Below, piece after piece: positions 1-13,584 of a DNA stretch of 64,000 nucleotides; the stretch's first letter is position 1; each line of letters opens with the position of its first letter. A model generated the notes under the pieces. That model was given only the letters and a program-made list of their open reading frames with translations. It was not told where the DNA came from and ran no database searches. The DNA is from Eledone cirrhosa (lineage: Eukaryota), in contig OZ024751.1 in NCBI GenBank assembly GCA_964016885.1, positions 17,422,001 to 17,486,000 of the forward strand. Direction: 5' to 3'. The translations under genes and the position numbers were made by a program.

Positions 1-764
1 TTATGGATGTTAAAATTTGATACGAGATATTTTGAACTCAGTTGCACGAGATATTTTGAACTCAAGCAAAATTAATCTGCTTGTCAAAATGTCAACACAA
101 CTCAGTCTCTACTTGTTTCCGGGGGGGGGGGGGATTAAATTTATTCTATAAAATGATAAATACACAAGAATATTGATCTATTAATCACATCATTTTAAAA
201 TGACACGTATGAAGGAATTTTACAATAGCTGATAAATGTATCTTTTCGTCACGTAGATTAACTGAATTTAACAGAAGAATGAACACAAAATATGACACGT
301 CTCTTTTAGAATCATCCTTTAGCGTTTATACAGTGTGCTTCTGAAAAACCTTGCTTAATTCATAAGGAAAATCTTTAAAATGTGGGAGCCATTTTTACCG
401 TATCCTCTGTTTTTATCTCTATAAACGTCATTTTGGTCTTTTTACTTCTTGTTGTGTCCACAAGAGTGACATTTACAAAGCTTGGCTAGATGTGGTCCCG
501 CCAGAGCTAAATATATTGTCTCAGAGAAGGACACATAATGAGAAAAAGCATGTTAGAAGCGATATCAAGGAATAATTTAGCCCAGTGCTAGACTGATATT
601 TCTATCAACCGTAAATGGATGAAAAACAGTTGACAAGGAAAGATTAGAACTCAGAGAGCAGAGAAACGGTACGAATACTGCAAAGCATTCTATGCAACGT
701 ACTAACGAATCTGCTAATTCCCCGTCATTATCATAATTACATGCCATTGCCATTGCCCTTGCCA

Positions 765-1500
765 TTCTCAGTTCAAATCTCGCCGAGGTTAACTTTGCCT
801 TTCATCCTTACGGGGTCGATAAAATAAAGTACCAGTAATACACTGGGTAATTGCTGGCCTTGTGCCAAAAGTAGAAACAGTTATCATAATTATATAATAT
901 ATAATATAATGTATTATCATAATATATTATCATAAATATATAATATATAATATAATATATTATCATAAATATATAATTTTTCTACTATTGGCACAAGGCT
1001 AGCAATTACCCAGTACATTACAGGTACTTTATTCTATCCACCCCGTAAGGATGAAAGGCAAAGTTAACCTCGCCGCGATTTGAACTCAGAATGGCAAAGT
1101 CCGTAACCCTATGCGTCAAAGCATGGCGTCCGACCCTCTACCGATACTGCCAATTCACCGCCCATATATAGTATAAATATATAAGGATGAGAGGTTAACT
1201 TTGCATTTCATCCTTACGGGTTAGATAAAATAAAGTACCAGTAATACACTGGGATAATTGCTGACATTGTGCCAACAGTAGAAACAATTATCATAAATAT
1301 TTAAGGATGAAAGGCAAAGTTAACCTCGACGGGATTTGAACCTTTTACATTCTGAGTTCAAATCCCGCCCAGGTTAACTTTGCCTTTCATCCTTACGGCG
1401 TCGATAAAATCAATTACCACTCACGCACTTGTGTCGATTTAAGCGACTTTCCCCTCCCACAAAATTGCTGGCCTTATGCTTATATAAGAAACCATTATCA
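765..1500. mobile_element. Cluster of tRNA-derived SINE copies in both orientations
   Basis: Copies at about 765-885 (+), 975-1165 (-), 1190-1292 (+), 1303-1341 (-) and 1345-1500 (+) share GAGTTCAAATCCCGCCGAGGTTAACTTTGCCTTTCATCCTTACGGGGTCGATAAAATAAAGTACCAG. Confidence 0.85.
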
Positions 1501-1816
1501 TAAATATACTGGTCTTGTGTCAAAAGTAGGACAATTATCATAAATATCCTTGGTATATATGCCTTCATATACTTTCATATGCATTCATATGTACCACTAC
1601 TGCTCACGGTTATATATGAATAATAAATATTACAGAGCATATATCCTTTATTCCGTGTGACTCGTTGAAGTTAGAATAAAAATAAAATGAGAAAGAACAG
1701 CACCTGTTTATCTTTTTCAATAATTATCTCTTTTGGTTTTGTACAATACTGTTATCATCAATTAATTATAGTCAAAGTATTCCAGAAATTACTACATTAC
1801 ATTAAATATATATATA

Positions 1817-2102
1817 TCACACATCAATCTAAAACCACTTTTCATATGTTGATTTAAAACTGCACTATCCACAAGTGTTTTTTAGCCTTCATATCATGTT
1901 CTCCTGTTTTATCTGATGAAAACACAAATATTATTGCATGATGATGTTTGTTTTTGAAATGCGCATAATAAAATACATGGAACTCCTTTAACAATCTTTT
2001 GATCTTATATTATGTATACTCCAGTCCTACAAACTGTAGAGTGCTTCTTATCCGATATCTGCATTGCTTTATTGTACTACAATAAAACTCACCTCCTACA
2101 TT
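1817..2102 (+). mobile_element. Family A hammerhead-bearing (TA)n-associated element, copy 1
   Basis: Near-identical to 12113-12355 (-), 38083-38493 and 59351-59637. Flanked by TA-rich repeats. Confidence 0.85.
1907..1973 (+). ncRNA. Type I hammerhead ribozyme (family A)
   Basis: TTTTAT-CTGATGA-[long stem II ACAAATATT/GATGTTTGT]-GAAA-TGCGCA-TA-ATAAAA. Stem I TTTTAT/ATAAAA, palindromic minimal stem III ATGCGCAT, AUA cleavage triplet. Confidence 0.85.
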
Positions 2103-2689
2103 ATATGGATATATGTATATATGTATGTACATATGTATATATATGTATATATGTATATATGTATGCATATGTATGTATATGTATGTATATGTGTATATAT
2201 ATGTATATACATATATTAATATACGTTTTAATTTGGTGGTTCCACACTGGGTAGAACTGGTCAGTATGCAATGTTAATCATGGCGTAATATGAATAAATC
2301 ACACGACGGTATGCAACTCATCCATCTTTGATGTCGAATCATGTTTGTGGTGGTGAAACGGTGTAAATATATGATAAAATGAAATGACAGGATGACAAAT
2401 ATACAAGTGCGGGATATATCAAAGGAAATAAGTGTTTGTGTAATAAATTGTTAGAACTTTCACTAAATTCCGTACCGCCTGCAGCTAAAAAATATCCATA
2501 TTGGGATAATGAAGCAGCTGCAAATTTAACTATTGTGCAAGTTTGATTGGCATGGGAAAGTATTCGTATATATATTCCAAGTTCTATATCGTGTGAAGAC
2601 ATTAACTGAGGCACGAACGAATACCTAGTTTTGCACTTCATACATACATATAAACACACACTCTCATGCACACAGAGACATCCATATAT

Positions 2690-2792
<103 letters not shown>

Positions 2793-2891
2793 CACAAACA
2801 GACATATATAAATATACACACACACACATGCACACATACACCGACACACATATATATACGCACACACACACGCATGCCTGCACACATATAT

Positions 2892-2946
<55 letters not shown>

Positions 2947-3200
2947 CAGAGAGAGAGAAAGAGAGAGAGAGAGAGTGTGTGTGTGTGTCTGATGGTGAAG
3001 TTGGAAATAGCATGGAAAATATATGTTAGGGTCTGTTTTTCTTTTTTTCCTTGTCTTTGATTCGGGACAATTCTTTGAAAAGAGGGACAATTCTTTGAAA
3101 AAAAGTTTTGTAATGTATATAAAGTATATAAAGTATTACTGGTTTCGATGTAATTATTAAAATTCATTTTATTAAATGTTGAATATTACAATTAATAAGA

Positions 3201-3459
3201 ACTAGCAGAATGGCCCCGGCGTTGCTCGGGATTCTAAGCATAGATTCATATGTTTGTATCATGAGTTATTGCCAACATAGAAGCTTCGGTTTTTGTCATA
3301 TGTATTTTCATGTTGTTCCTATTGAAGAACAAAGTGATATTAAAGAGAAAGTCGTGTAAGGCATTGTAAGAAGGTAAAAGCAGGGAGATATATTGTTTCT
3401 AAACGTAAGAATATTAAAATGCATCAGACAGACAGACATTCTCTGTTTTATATATATAA
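3201..3459 (-). mobile_element. Non-autonomous Helitron-like element
   Basis: Minus strand ends in CTAGT after a GC hairpin (CCCGGCGTTGCTCGGG, 3215-3230). The other end reads TATATATATAAAACAGAGAATGTCTGTCTGTCTG, typical of non-autonomous Helitron 5' ends. Confidence 0.6.
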
Positions 3460-3725
3460 ATTAATAAGAATTAAAAACTAAAAATTAAAGATTTAAAATT
3501 AAGTGTTGGAGTATATATATAGGCATATATACCGAGATCTTAAACTATTTTTAGATTTAGACTTAAGCGTGTAAATATACAATACAATTGTTGTGAAATC
3601 TCTACTACATCTGTAGAATGTTGATATTTGTGTCTACTTCGTTCAATTCCGAGCAGCATGGTTTATTTATACCGTTGATACAATGTGATCTCAGTAACCC
3701 ATTGTCAGCTTTAGCATTAAATAAT

Positions 3726-4147
3726 AGTTTCTTATATAGGCACAAGGCCAGCAATTTGGAGGCAGGGGAAAGTCGATTAAATCGACCCAGATGTGCGACT
3801 GGTACTTTATTTTATCGACCTCGTAAGGATGAAAGGCAAAGATAACCTCGGCGGGACTTGAACTTAGACCTAAAGGGCCGTATCTCTATGCTGCAAAGCA
3901 TGGTGTCCGACTCTCTACCGACACAGCCAATCCACCGCCCTTGGCTATAGCATTAAATAATTATTTCTACTTTTGGCACAAGGCCAGCAATTATCCCAGT
4001 GCATTACTGGTACTTTATTTCATCGATCCCGTAAGGATGAAAGGCAAAGTTAACCTCGGCGGGATTTGAACTCAGACCATAAAGGCCCGTAACTCTTTGC
4101 TGCAAAGCATAGCGTCCGACCCTCTACCGATACTGCCAATCCACCAC
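3726..4147 (-). mobile_element. Two adjacent full-length SINE copies
   Basis: Reverse complement shows A-box-like TGGCAGTATCGG, B-box GAGTTCAAATCC and the central GCCTTTCATCC...GATAAAATAAAGTACC domain (Meta-domain-like, from recall). Direct repeat TAGCATTAAATAAT at 3712-3725 and 3948-3961. Confidence 0.85.
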
Positions 4148-4734
4148 TGACGATAAATCGGTCGGCGGGTTTGATCTACCGAACGTCCGACATAGGGATT
4201 AACGTGTTATTATTAATGGTGTTCCACAGACTATGTATTGTCAAAGTCTTTAGAAACTCAGATAGAATACTTTGTGATGTTTTCAACGTCTTTCTGCGCT
4301 CTAAATTCAAAACTGGCTCGATCAATCATGCTTTTCATAATTTTTAAGTCGATAGAACTAATCCAATACTAGGGTCGATTTGTTTTCCTGCATATCTCTT
4401 TCTCAGTTCCTTTCTCATATTATCACTGTCCTTTTCTAGACGAAATCTACTGTGCTCAGATCTGGAGATTGATTGGGATCACTGAGTTTAAAGGTCCAAA
4501 GACTCCCATGTCATTACAGCGCCACTGCAACTCCGTCAGGAGTTACGGTTCCATACATGCAAGAAGATGAATATTCCACGGGCGATTGTACTCCCTACCA
4601 ATTTCCCTCGCCGATTAAGTGTGACAAGTTGGGACCTTTCATTTACAAATGCAATCCATTCGACGAGGGTCAAACAGACAACCTTATTTCACTCATAATT
4701 CTTCAGTTTATATGTTATTATTTAAAACTCAATA

Positions 4735-4826
4735 GTTAACTTTGCCTTTCATCCTTACGGGGTCGATAAAATAAAGTACCAGTAATGTACTGGGTAATTG
4801 CTGGCCTTGTGCCTAAAGTAGAAACA
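4735..4826 (+). mobile_element. 5'-truncated SINE with 18-bp target-site duplication
   Basis: ATTATTTAAAACTCAATA at 4717-4734 and 4827-4844. Confidence 0.85.
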
Positions 4827-6100
4827 ATTATTTAAAACTCAATAACAAATGGCAAGACAAACACAGCTCTGAAAAAAGACTCGAAGTTAAGGACATTAGT
4901 TCAAGGGAGATCACGCACACATACATACACAAATACACAATTAAACGTATAGGACAAACATGTGATTGAATGACTAAGATGTTTGCTTCATATTTGAAAC
5001 CGATGGTGTACTTTTTAGTTTGACACATGTGATCACCGCTTAAAATATTGAAGACGAGAGTTATATATTTATCATACAATCCATTCTACGAAGGTTAAAC
5101 CGTCTACCTCATTTCACTCATAATTCTTCAGTTTATACGATGCTGTAATAATGAGACTTGCCCAAGACATCATACCGTAGGCACGAACTAAGGACATCAA
5201 TATTGCAAAACATACTTCGTAGACACCCAGTTTTGTTTATATCCAACTATATAAACGCGAATTAATATCGAATAATACCATTTAACAATAAATGTGTGAA
5301 GTTGCATACCTTAGTACTTAGGAAATTGGATTCACAATCGTGAGGTTTTAAATGCGATTCCCGTGCCGGGTGGTGCGTTATGTACTTGGGGAAGATGCTT
5401 TTTTCACGTTGCTCCTTCTGGGAGGATTTGCAGCCGGGAGATAGTATCAGAAGTTTGAAAGATCGACGGAGACGTTGTTTATTTGGTTCGATCTGACGAG
5501 TTCTACCCTACTTGGTTAGCGAATGAGGTCTGACAACTTGTCGTTTGTTCCGGAAAAATAACATTTATATTTACATAATTCATAAACTTTCAAACACAGT
5601 TTTATTACTTTTTTTAAATTCTTATTCATCTTCATTTTCCTCGATATTCTTTCCAAATTTTTATTGGTTATTGTATGGCGGTAATCTGTTCCGACTGTTG
5701 CGGTAATTTGTTCCTAATTTGCACATTCAGTTCAATTCCCGTTGAGGTCAAGTTTGTCTTTCATCAGTATCGATAAGGATAATGAATCTTTAGCGTTTAG
5801 AGAATATGTGTGTGGCGGGGGAGAGTAATCAGTAGAGCGTCGTGCGAAATGATTTACGGTATTTAGTTACAACTTTATAGGTTTTGGGGGAAATGTCGTC
5901 CAGGTTAACTATTTCTTTCATTGACATGAAGTCAATAAAATAAAGTACAGTCATGTTCGGGGGGGGGGGGATCAAGATAATTGCCTTTACCCAGCTCAAA
6001 ATGCCAGACTTTCAGACTATTTTAGAAAGAAATGTCGATTTAATTATTAGAAAAGCAACTAATTATCGCTTATCATTCACACGAAGTTCCCATTAAGAGA

Positions 6101-6213
6101 TAATTGTTTCTACTTTTGGCACAAGGCCAGCAATTACTGGTACTTAATTTTATCGACCCCGTAAGGATGAAAGGCAAAGTTAACCTCGGCGGGATTTGAA
6201 CTCAGAATGGCAA
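6101..6213 (-). mobile_element. SINE fragment
   Basis: Matches the 3' half of the SINE consensus. Confidence 0.8.
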
Positions 6214-8074
6214 GGATAATATATGATTAAACCAGCTGCTCTCTACATTCTCGCAATCAACGTTTTACTATAACTATTTTAAGAGTAAAATATATAAATA
6301 CACGAGCTCATCTGCACCTCGCCACAAGGCTCAAATGTAACATCCATATGATTACAGATATATATCTCTCTTAACATTAATACAAACTATTACTCTATCG
6401 TAATCTGATGCGTCATTATCTCTGATATATTTAACCTTAGTCTCCTAGCTGTATACTTCATCGAATACTACGATTAAAAACATGATTTTAATGTGTTATT
6501 ATTTTTTGATAATGCGACTTTAGACTCGAATAAATCGATTTAAATATATGATTACATGATTTAAATGTTAATTTACATGTACAGAGAGGAAAGATCATCA
6601 GGGAAATATGAGAAGATTTCCATTTTTCATGCGACAAAGCGTTTCGTTTGTGATATGTCTTAAATAAGGTAATTTACAACAAGGTAATGAGTTTAGCCTA
6701 AAGGTGTTAAATATATCAATCATTCACGACAAACATGTGCCATGTAAAATGAATTCCCTTTACATTACAGGAATTATTATGATGCGTTAGCCGCGGTTTA
6801 TCGCTTCATATATAAAGGGCTAAACACTTGCTTGAGATGGGTTTCTTCTCTGAAGACCTTCTGCTGTCTAACTCTCCTGGGAGTTGCTTACCACTTGACT
6901 GACAACTCCAGATGTGAAGTTACTCCTTCAGGATGTCTCAAAAGATGACCTGCCAATCGCAATTCTAACGGAATTATTTTTCCTACAACAATTTCTCTAC
7001 ATAAATATATATTATTCTTCGATAATTAAATTAAGTTTAGGTATAGTTTCTACAAAATCTTTAACACAAACACTTTGATTGTTGGGAGTTACAAAAGAAT
7101 AGAGAAAATATAATGAATGACCTAACATTAAATGCATTTAATATCCTTTGGTGTAAATTGATCTGCTCAAGCCGCTGTTTAACAAAGCATAAACTTGGTG
7201 ATGATATTCCAATATCGAAATATATTAAATTTACCACACGTATGAATAAAGAGTGTTATCTTTCTTATGCTACCTTTACTAGAAATCGATAACCCAAACA
7301 GTTTATATATTTTCTATACCACTTGACACTGTGAGGAAATCAAGGCAAAAAAATAATGTGTTTTGATTAGGTGAGTATTACATATTCTTGAAGAATACCT
7401 TAGAATTAAATGTATTAATCTGGTCTGAATTATAATAATTATTCGTTTAAAACATCAAATCGATAAGTATCACACAACAGAATGAAAAATTAAAAAATTC
7501 GAAGAAAAGAATTTTCAAATGCATTTAGTAGATTATTTTCATGTATGAGAGAATATATGTTTGTGTGAGAGTATATGTTTGTGTATATGAAAAAGAGAGA
7601 GAGAGGGGTGTCTGTGTGTGTGCGTGTCATTGTTTTTGCGAGTGTTAATATGCCGCATTGATTGTGAGAGAATGGATGTGTATGAATGTTTTTTGAGAGA
7701 GAGAATGTGTATTGTGTCAAACGTTATCAAGACCATACAATGTATTACGTTTTATCTCTAATCTATTATACTTGAATTTTACTTCAGCTTTCTAAAAACA
7801 CGATAAATGGAAGCATTTCAATGGATGCTCAAATATCATTATTTCTGAATATAGTAGGCTGTAAGGAATCGATATATTGGATATGAATATTGGGTATACG
7901 TTCTTTTGTTATTTTTCTGGCTTCATTGATGGAAGTGCAGACACACTGTGCCACTAGCTTCAAGTATCTATGAGATCATATCCTACATGGCAAGTATTCC
8001 ATTATGTTTATGCTTGGGTACATCTCTCTCTCTCTATATATATATAAATATATATATATAAATATATATATATA

Positions 8075-8348
8075 CATACAATGATATTAAATAAATGGAA
8101 ACTATATTTATAAAAACATGTTTATTTTATTATATGGATTTCAAGGGTAAACAAGACAACATTGGTACGCTTTCATGTTGTCTTGGTTACCCTGGAAATA
8201 TATATAATAAAATAAATATGGTTTTATAAATATAGTTTCCATTTATTTAATATCATTGAATAATTATTCCAGTAACATCTTGAGTGCTCAAAATCAGTTA
8301 TAAACATTTATGTTTGTCGGACTTCCAACAAATTAAATACCAATTCTA

Positions 8349-8352
<4 letters not shown>
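8075..8352 (+). mobile_element. Family C element (subfamily) with 5' fold-back
   Basis: Inverted arms about 8079-8161 and 8175-8258. Contains GAAATATATATA-ATAAAATA and TTGAGTGCT, and ends in (TA)n. Homologous to 34976-35398. Confidence 0.75.
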
Positions 8353-8398
<46 letters not shown>

Positions 8399-8493
8399 GA
8401 TTATATATATAGGTTATAAATATATATTTGTATATTATATATAATATATATATTATATATATATATTATATATATATTATATAAAATATAATA

Positions 8494-8572
<79 letters not shown>

Positions 8573-8800
8573 ATATTAAATATCTAGATTATATATAGAG
8601 GTTATATATACATATATATCATATATATATAATATATATATATATAATATATATAACTCTCTAGCCCACTAAATATTAACACTTCGAATATTTAATACTG
8701 CCGGCACTAGTATCGAGCACCTTTGGCATACGCTACTTGGCAAATAACTATATGTATCACCTATCCCTCCTTTTTTCTCTCTTTCTCGATACGTAAATAC

Positions 8801-8833
<33 letters not shown>

Positions 8834-8841
8834 TATATATT

Positions 8842-8876
<35 letters not shown>

Positions 8877-9176
8877 ATATTATATGTATGGATTATGTAT
8901 ATATATTATATATGTTATACATATATTATATATATATATCATAAATATATTATATTATATATATATATATATATATATAAATTTATATAAATTGTATATA
9001 TATATGATATATATATGTATATTGTATATATTGTATATATATATGTATATATTATGTATACATATTATAAAGTACTAGTAATACACTAGTATAAATGATG
9101 GCCTTGTGCCAAAAGTAGAAACAATTATATATACATATTATATATATATATATATATTATATATACATATATTATA

Positions 9177-9247
<71 letters not shown>

Positions 9248-9248
9248 C

Positions 9249-9347
<99 letters not shown>

Positions 9348-9371
9348 GTACTATATATACATATAAAATAA

Positions 9372-9412
<41 letters not shown>

Positions 9413-9415
<3 letters not shown>

Positions 9416-9910
9416 ACATAAAGATAGTCTTCCTCTACTGCAACTTCCTTCCATTAGGATTTCTTAGCACCGGTTCTTTTACACTTTTTTACACTTTTTT
9501 TACTTCCATTAAATTTGTTTCGACCTTCTATACACTATCCTTAGAATCTGCTGTATAGATTTCACTTTCAACACTTGACTGGGGTTCCCGCACTCCCTCT
9601 TTGTTCTACCGGCAAGTTCAGCTACCCCTACCTCCCCCCAAATGCCATGATAGAATCATCTTCCTTTACAACAAATGTTTGACCAATCCTTTTGACAATT
9701 ACTATCTTCCCCTATATGGAATTACCCCCTGAGAAGTTCGGCTATTTATTTACCAGGCTAAAAAAATTTTTTTAGTCCAGAATTAGCCGTCGAAACGGCT
9801 TGAGCTATGCCGTCGGGGTCATACTTGTTCCTATTACCCACTCTACTACCCTAAGTATTGAGTACTTTGGTGCGTTATGGTCCATCTAGTTCCTTACCAC
9901 ATTTCCTTCG

Positions 9911-9912
<2 letters not shown>
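9413..9912 (+). mobile_element. Family B element, longest copy
   Basis: The 3' ~130 bp is shared with 10391-10582 and 11751-11941. Bounded by (TA)n on both sides. Confidence 0.8.
9724..9819 (+). ncRNA. Type I hammerhead ribozyme-like motif (family B)
   Basis: ACCCC-CTGAGAA(G)-[CGGCTA...TAGCCG]-GAAA-CGGC...GCCG-TC-GGGGT. Stems I, II and III all pair and the triplet is GUC. The core deviates from CUGANGA. Confidence 0.7.
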
Positions 9913-9977
<65 letters not shown>

Positions 9978-9984
9978 ATATTTA

Positions 9985-10262
9985 TAAATGAAGTATTTCC
10001 GTCGGAAGGGTACAGGAAAGAACAGTGCTCTATGTAGGCTTCAGAGCTTATTAGTTATGTAATAAACAACATAAGATAATTATTTCATTTACCAGTGGTT
10101 TCTTGAAGGCAGATGTTGTGTCTGTCTTCAGTACACATCTGCCTTCAAGTATCCACTGCTAAATAAAATAATTATCTTATGTTGTTTATTACATAAATAT
10201 ACATAACTATATATATTTATATATATATTTATTTCATATAAAAAACCTCGTAAAACAAATAT
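9985..10262 (-). mobile_element. Family I (TA)n-embedded fold-back element
   Basis: Inverted arms about 10055-10120 and 10131-10196. The 5' part resembles 39626-39750. Confidence 0.55.
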
Positions 10263-10295
10263 ATTTTGCTTTCTAATACACACACTCACATATAT

Positions 10296-10582
<287 letters not shown>

Positions 10583-10597
10583 TATATATATATATAT

Positions 10598-11024
10598 ACG
10601 TTTATCGTTTTCGGTGCACCCGGCCGATTAACCCACTCGATATGCAAATTGGGCTACTCACCCGTTAAGATGCATAAGGTAAGTATATACGTTCAACAAT
10701 CTGGCAGGAAGGTATACGTTGCTGACTATAGCTAATAAGCTTGAAACTAGTACAGCGTTCGTTTGTCAGTGTTGAACAAACGAGCAACGATGGTTGCTAG
10801 ACACTACGGCTTAATACGGGATGTTTGTTTACAAACACACCGAGCATTATAATAAATATTCGGTGAATCCATACGTACATATATATATGTGTGCATGTAT
10901 GTATATATATATATATACATACTACTGTACGTCTGTATACATATATGTATGTACGTGTACATACTTATATTTAAGTAACAGCCGTACTAAGAGTGGGAAA
11001 TGAAATGTCGTTTCATTTTTTCCG

Positions 11025-11030
<6 letters not shown>
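10598..11030 (+). mobile_element. Family M element (diverged homologue of family F), about one monomer
   Basis: Start TTTATCGTTTTCGGTGCACCCGG...TATGCAAATT and end GAAATGAAATG..TTTCATTTTTTCCGTTTTTA(TA)n align by eye with the family F monomer on the minus strand of 59683-60150. Confidence 0.65.
10716..10758 (+). ncRNA. Hammerhead ribozyme-like motif (family M, core variant CTGACTA)
   Basis: ACGTTG-CTGACTA-T-AGCT-AATA-AGCT-T-GAAA-CTAG-TA-CAGCGT. The G8 position is T, so this copy is probably inactive. Confidence 0.65.
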
Positions 11031-11082
<52 letters not shown>

Positions 11083-11222
11083 ATATATGTAGAAATAAAC
11101 ACAGTAAATTCTGTGTCTAAAATTACGAGGGTAGAGAATACCACAATTGTTTTATATATTTAACCTGAAACATACAGTAAGATATGAAATTTTATATACA
11201 AACCGTTTCAATAACCATTTCA

Positions 11223-11310
11223 TCTCTCGGACAGATTAGAGATTTAATCTGTTTCGCCCTGAAATTTGTGTTGCTAACAGATAATCCGTAGGCTTTTCAT
11301 CAGCGAGAGA
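11223..11310 (-). ncRNA. Type I hammerhead ribozyme (family L) with stable stem III
   Basis: Minus strand: TCTCTCG-CTGATGA-AAAGCCT...AGGGC-GAAA-CAGATTA-aatctc-TAATCTG-TC-CGAGAGA. 7-bp stem I, 8-bp stem III, GUC triplet. Confidence 0.88.
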
Positions 11311-11453
11311 TACGATCAAATGAAACAAAACACATTTAACAACAACTCACAGGAGTAAATAATACACCTCGTGGGATGCACGCTATACGTGGTGTGAGTG
11401 TATATGCTAGAAATAATAGTCTTATTACACTCAACTTAAAAGCTCACCCTATA

Positions 11454-11637
11454 TAATTGTTTCTACTATTAGCACAAGGCTAGCAATTACCAGGTACATT
11501 ACTGGTACTTTATTTTATCGACCCCGTAAGGATGAGAGGCAAAGTTAACCTCGGCGGGATTTGAACTCAGAATGGCAAGGGCCGTAACTCTATGCGTCAA
11601 ATCATGGCGTCCGATCCTCTACCGATAATGCCAATCC
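11454..11637 (-). mobile_element. SINE copy
   Basis: Matches the SINE consensus over nearly its full length. Confidence 0.85.
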
Positions 11638-11712
11638 AGAATGCTCTGTATTTATACTTTGAGCTTGTTAATTGCAGGGTATCAATATGAGTTAATAACT
11701 CTGTATTTTCTT

Positions 11713-11750
<38 letters not shown>

Positions 11751-11752
<2 letters not shown>

Positions 11753-11939
11753 AACCAATAAGACCCCGACAGCTGAGCTCAAGCCATTTCGACGGCTAAT
11801 TCAGTCCAGAATTAGCCGTCGAAACGGCTTGAGCTCAGCTGTCGGGGTCTTACTGGTTCCTATTACCCACTCTACTACCCCAAGTATTGAGTACTTTGGT
11901 GCGTTATGGTCCACCTGGTTCCCTACCACATTTCCTTCG

Positions 11940-11941
<2 letters not shown>
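11751..11941 (+). mobile_element. Family B copy with 5' inversion
   Basis: GGAACCAATAAGACCCCGACAGCTGAGCTCAAGCC...GGCTTGAGCTCAGCTGTCGGGGTCTTACTGGTTCC hairpin between (TA)n tracts. Confidence 0.8.
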
Positions 11942-12012
<71 letters not shown>

Positions 12013-12068
12013 ATATATAGAAATGACTACAGAAATAGAGCTGTTTGCCCTAATAGAACCCGGGATAA

Positions 12069-12112
<44 letters not shown>

Positions 12113-12116
<4 letters not shown>

Positions 12117-12355
12117 GGAGGTGAGTTTTATTTTAGTACAATAAAGCAATGCAGATATCGGATAAGAAGCACTCTACAGTTTGTGGGACTGGAGTATGCA
12201 TAATATAAGATCAAAAGATGGTTAAAGGAGTTCCATATATTTTATTATGCGCATTTCAAAAACAAACATCATCAAGCAATAATATTTGTGTTTTCATCAG
12301 ATAAAACAGGAGAACATGATATGAAGGCTAAAAAAACACTTGTTGATAGTGCAGT
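12113..12355 (-). mobile_element. Family A copy 2 (hammerhead at 12240-12306, -)
   Basis: Reverse complement of about 1860-2100, flanked by (TA)n. Confidence 0.85.
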
Positions 12356-12379
12356 ATATATATATATTTTAGTCTTTCC

Positions 12380-12427
<48 letters not shown>

Positions 12428-12507
12428 TATATGTATATATATATGTATATATATATTTATATATATATACATATATATATATATATTATATATATATATA
12501 TATATAT

Positions 12508-12726
12508 TAGTAATAATAATAATTGTGAAGACTAAAATCCGAAGAGGGCTTGATAAGGATAATATATATACATATATAAATATATATAAAAACCGTGGAG
12601 TAAATATTTATTAAAATAACAGATTAAAATTTAAGCAAAGAATCGCTGCTTCACCCTTAAGAAGGTGCTTTTAAGGGTGAAAGCAGCGATTCTTTGCTGA
12701 AATGTTAATCTGTTATTTAAATAAAT
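12508..12726 (-). mobile_element. Family D copy with 5' inversion
   Basis: Shares GAAGACTAAAATCC..GAGGGCT.GATAAGGATA and GCAAAGAATCGCTGCT with 13581-14086 and 36057-36251. Confidence 0.75.
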
Positions 12727-12745
12727 ATATATATATATATAAACA

Positions 12746-12822
12746 CACAGGGTGTCCCCTCGAAATGTATACATAGCTTAACAGTATTCTTATAAAAGAG
12801 TGTATACATTTTTAGGGCCATC

Positions 12823-12823
<1 letters not shown>
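12746..12823. mobile_element. Tiny Tc1/mariner-type MITE (related copy at about 24093-24175)
   Basis: CAGGGTGTCCCC..AAATGTATACA...TGTATACATTTTTAGGGCCATCCT forms an imperfect terminal inverted repeat. Confidence 0.5.
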
Positions 12824-12911
<88 letters not shown>

Positions 12912-13548
12912 AGAAGTTGATTGGCACTTTGACAGTACCCCGAAAGATGAACGCCAGTGGTGACCTCGGGGGTGTTTGAAATAAGAATATATGGAGCCAC
13001 TAAACATAGCAGTGTACACCTATCCGACGCTCAACCAAATGTGCCAATTCACCATCCTTTTCAAGTCTTAATGAAAAAGAAAAAATGTTAAACTGTAGAA
13101 ATTACGGATCGTAAAATGCATCCATTTGGAATAATTATTTTTGTACCGCGTTTTTCGTGTAGAATGTTTTCCCAGAAAATATAAACCACTTAGATATGAT
13201 ATAAGAGTATAATTATGTTCAGGTTTTCTCTCCCTCTCTCTCTCTCACACACACAGACACACACACACACATTTTTGTAGTTTGCTTGAAGCATTTTATA
13301 TAATATATAATGTTGATAGAGATAGAAGGCTAAGCAATGCAAAATGGACTGCAATATAGGTTAACGGAAAGTAAAAGTTACCTGGTGATCTTTGTTTTTA
13401 TTTTTTACTGTTGTTGCTCTTTTATCTGAACATTATTTCGGGATCTAAACGTCCCTTCATCGGGGAATTTTTTTAAATTCATTTTCAAGCCGTTTACGAT
13501 GTTTACTTCACATTCCTCGCTTTGTTTAACCTTCTATCTCTTTCAACG

Positions 13549-13580
<32 letters not shown>

Positions 13581-13584
<4 letters not shown>

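Noticed and set aside
13425-13468. Minus-strand CCGATGA-GGGAC..ATCCC-GAAA motif
   Set aside because: Stem II is plausible but the core is mutated and stems I and III do not pair convincingly.
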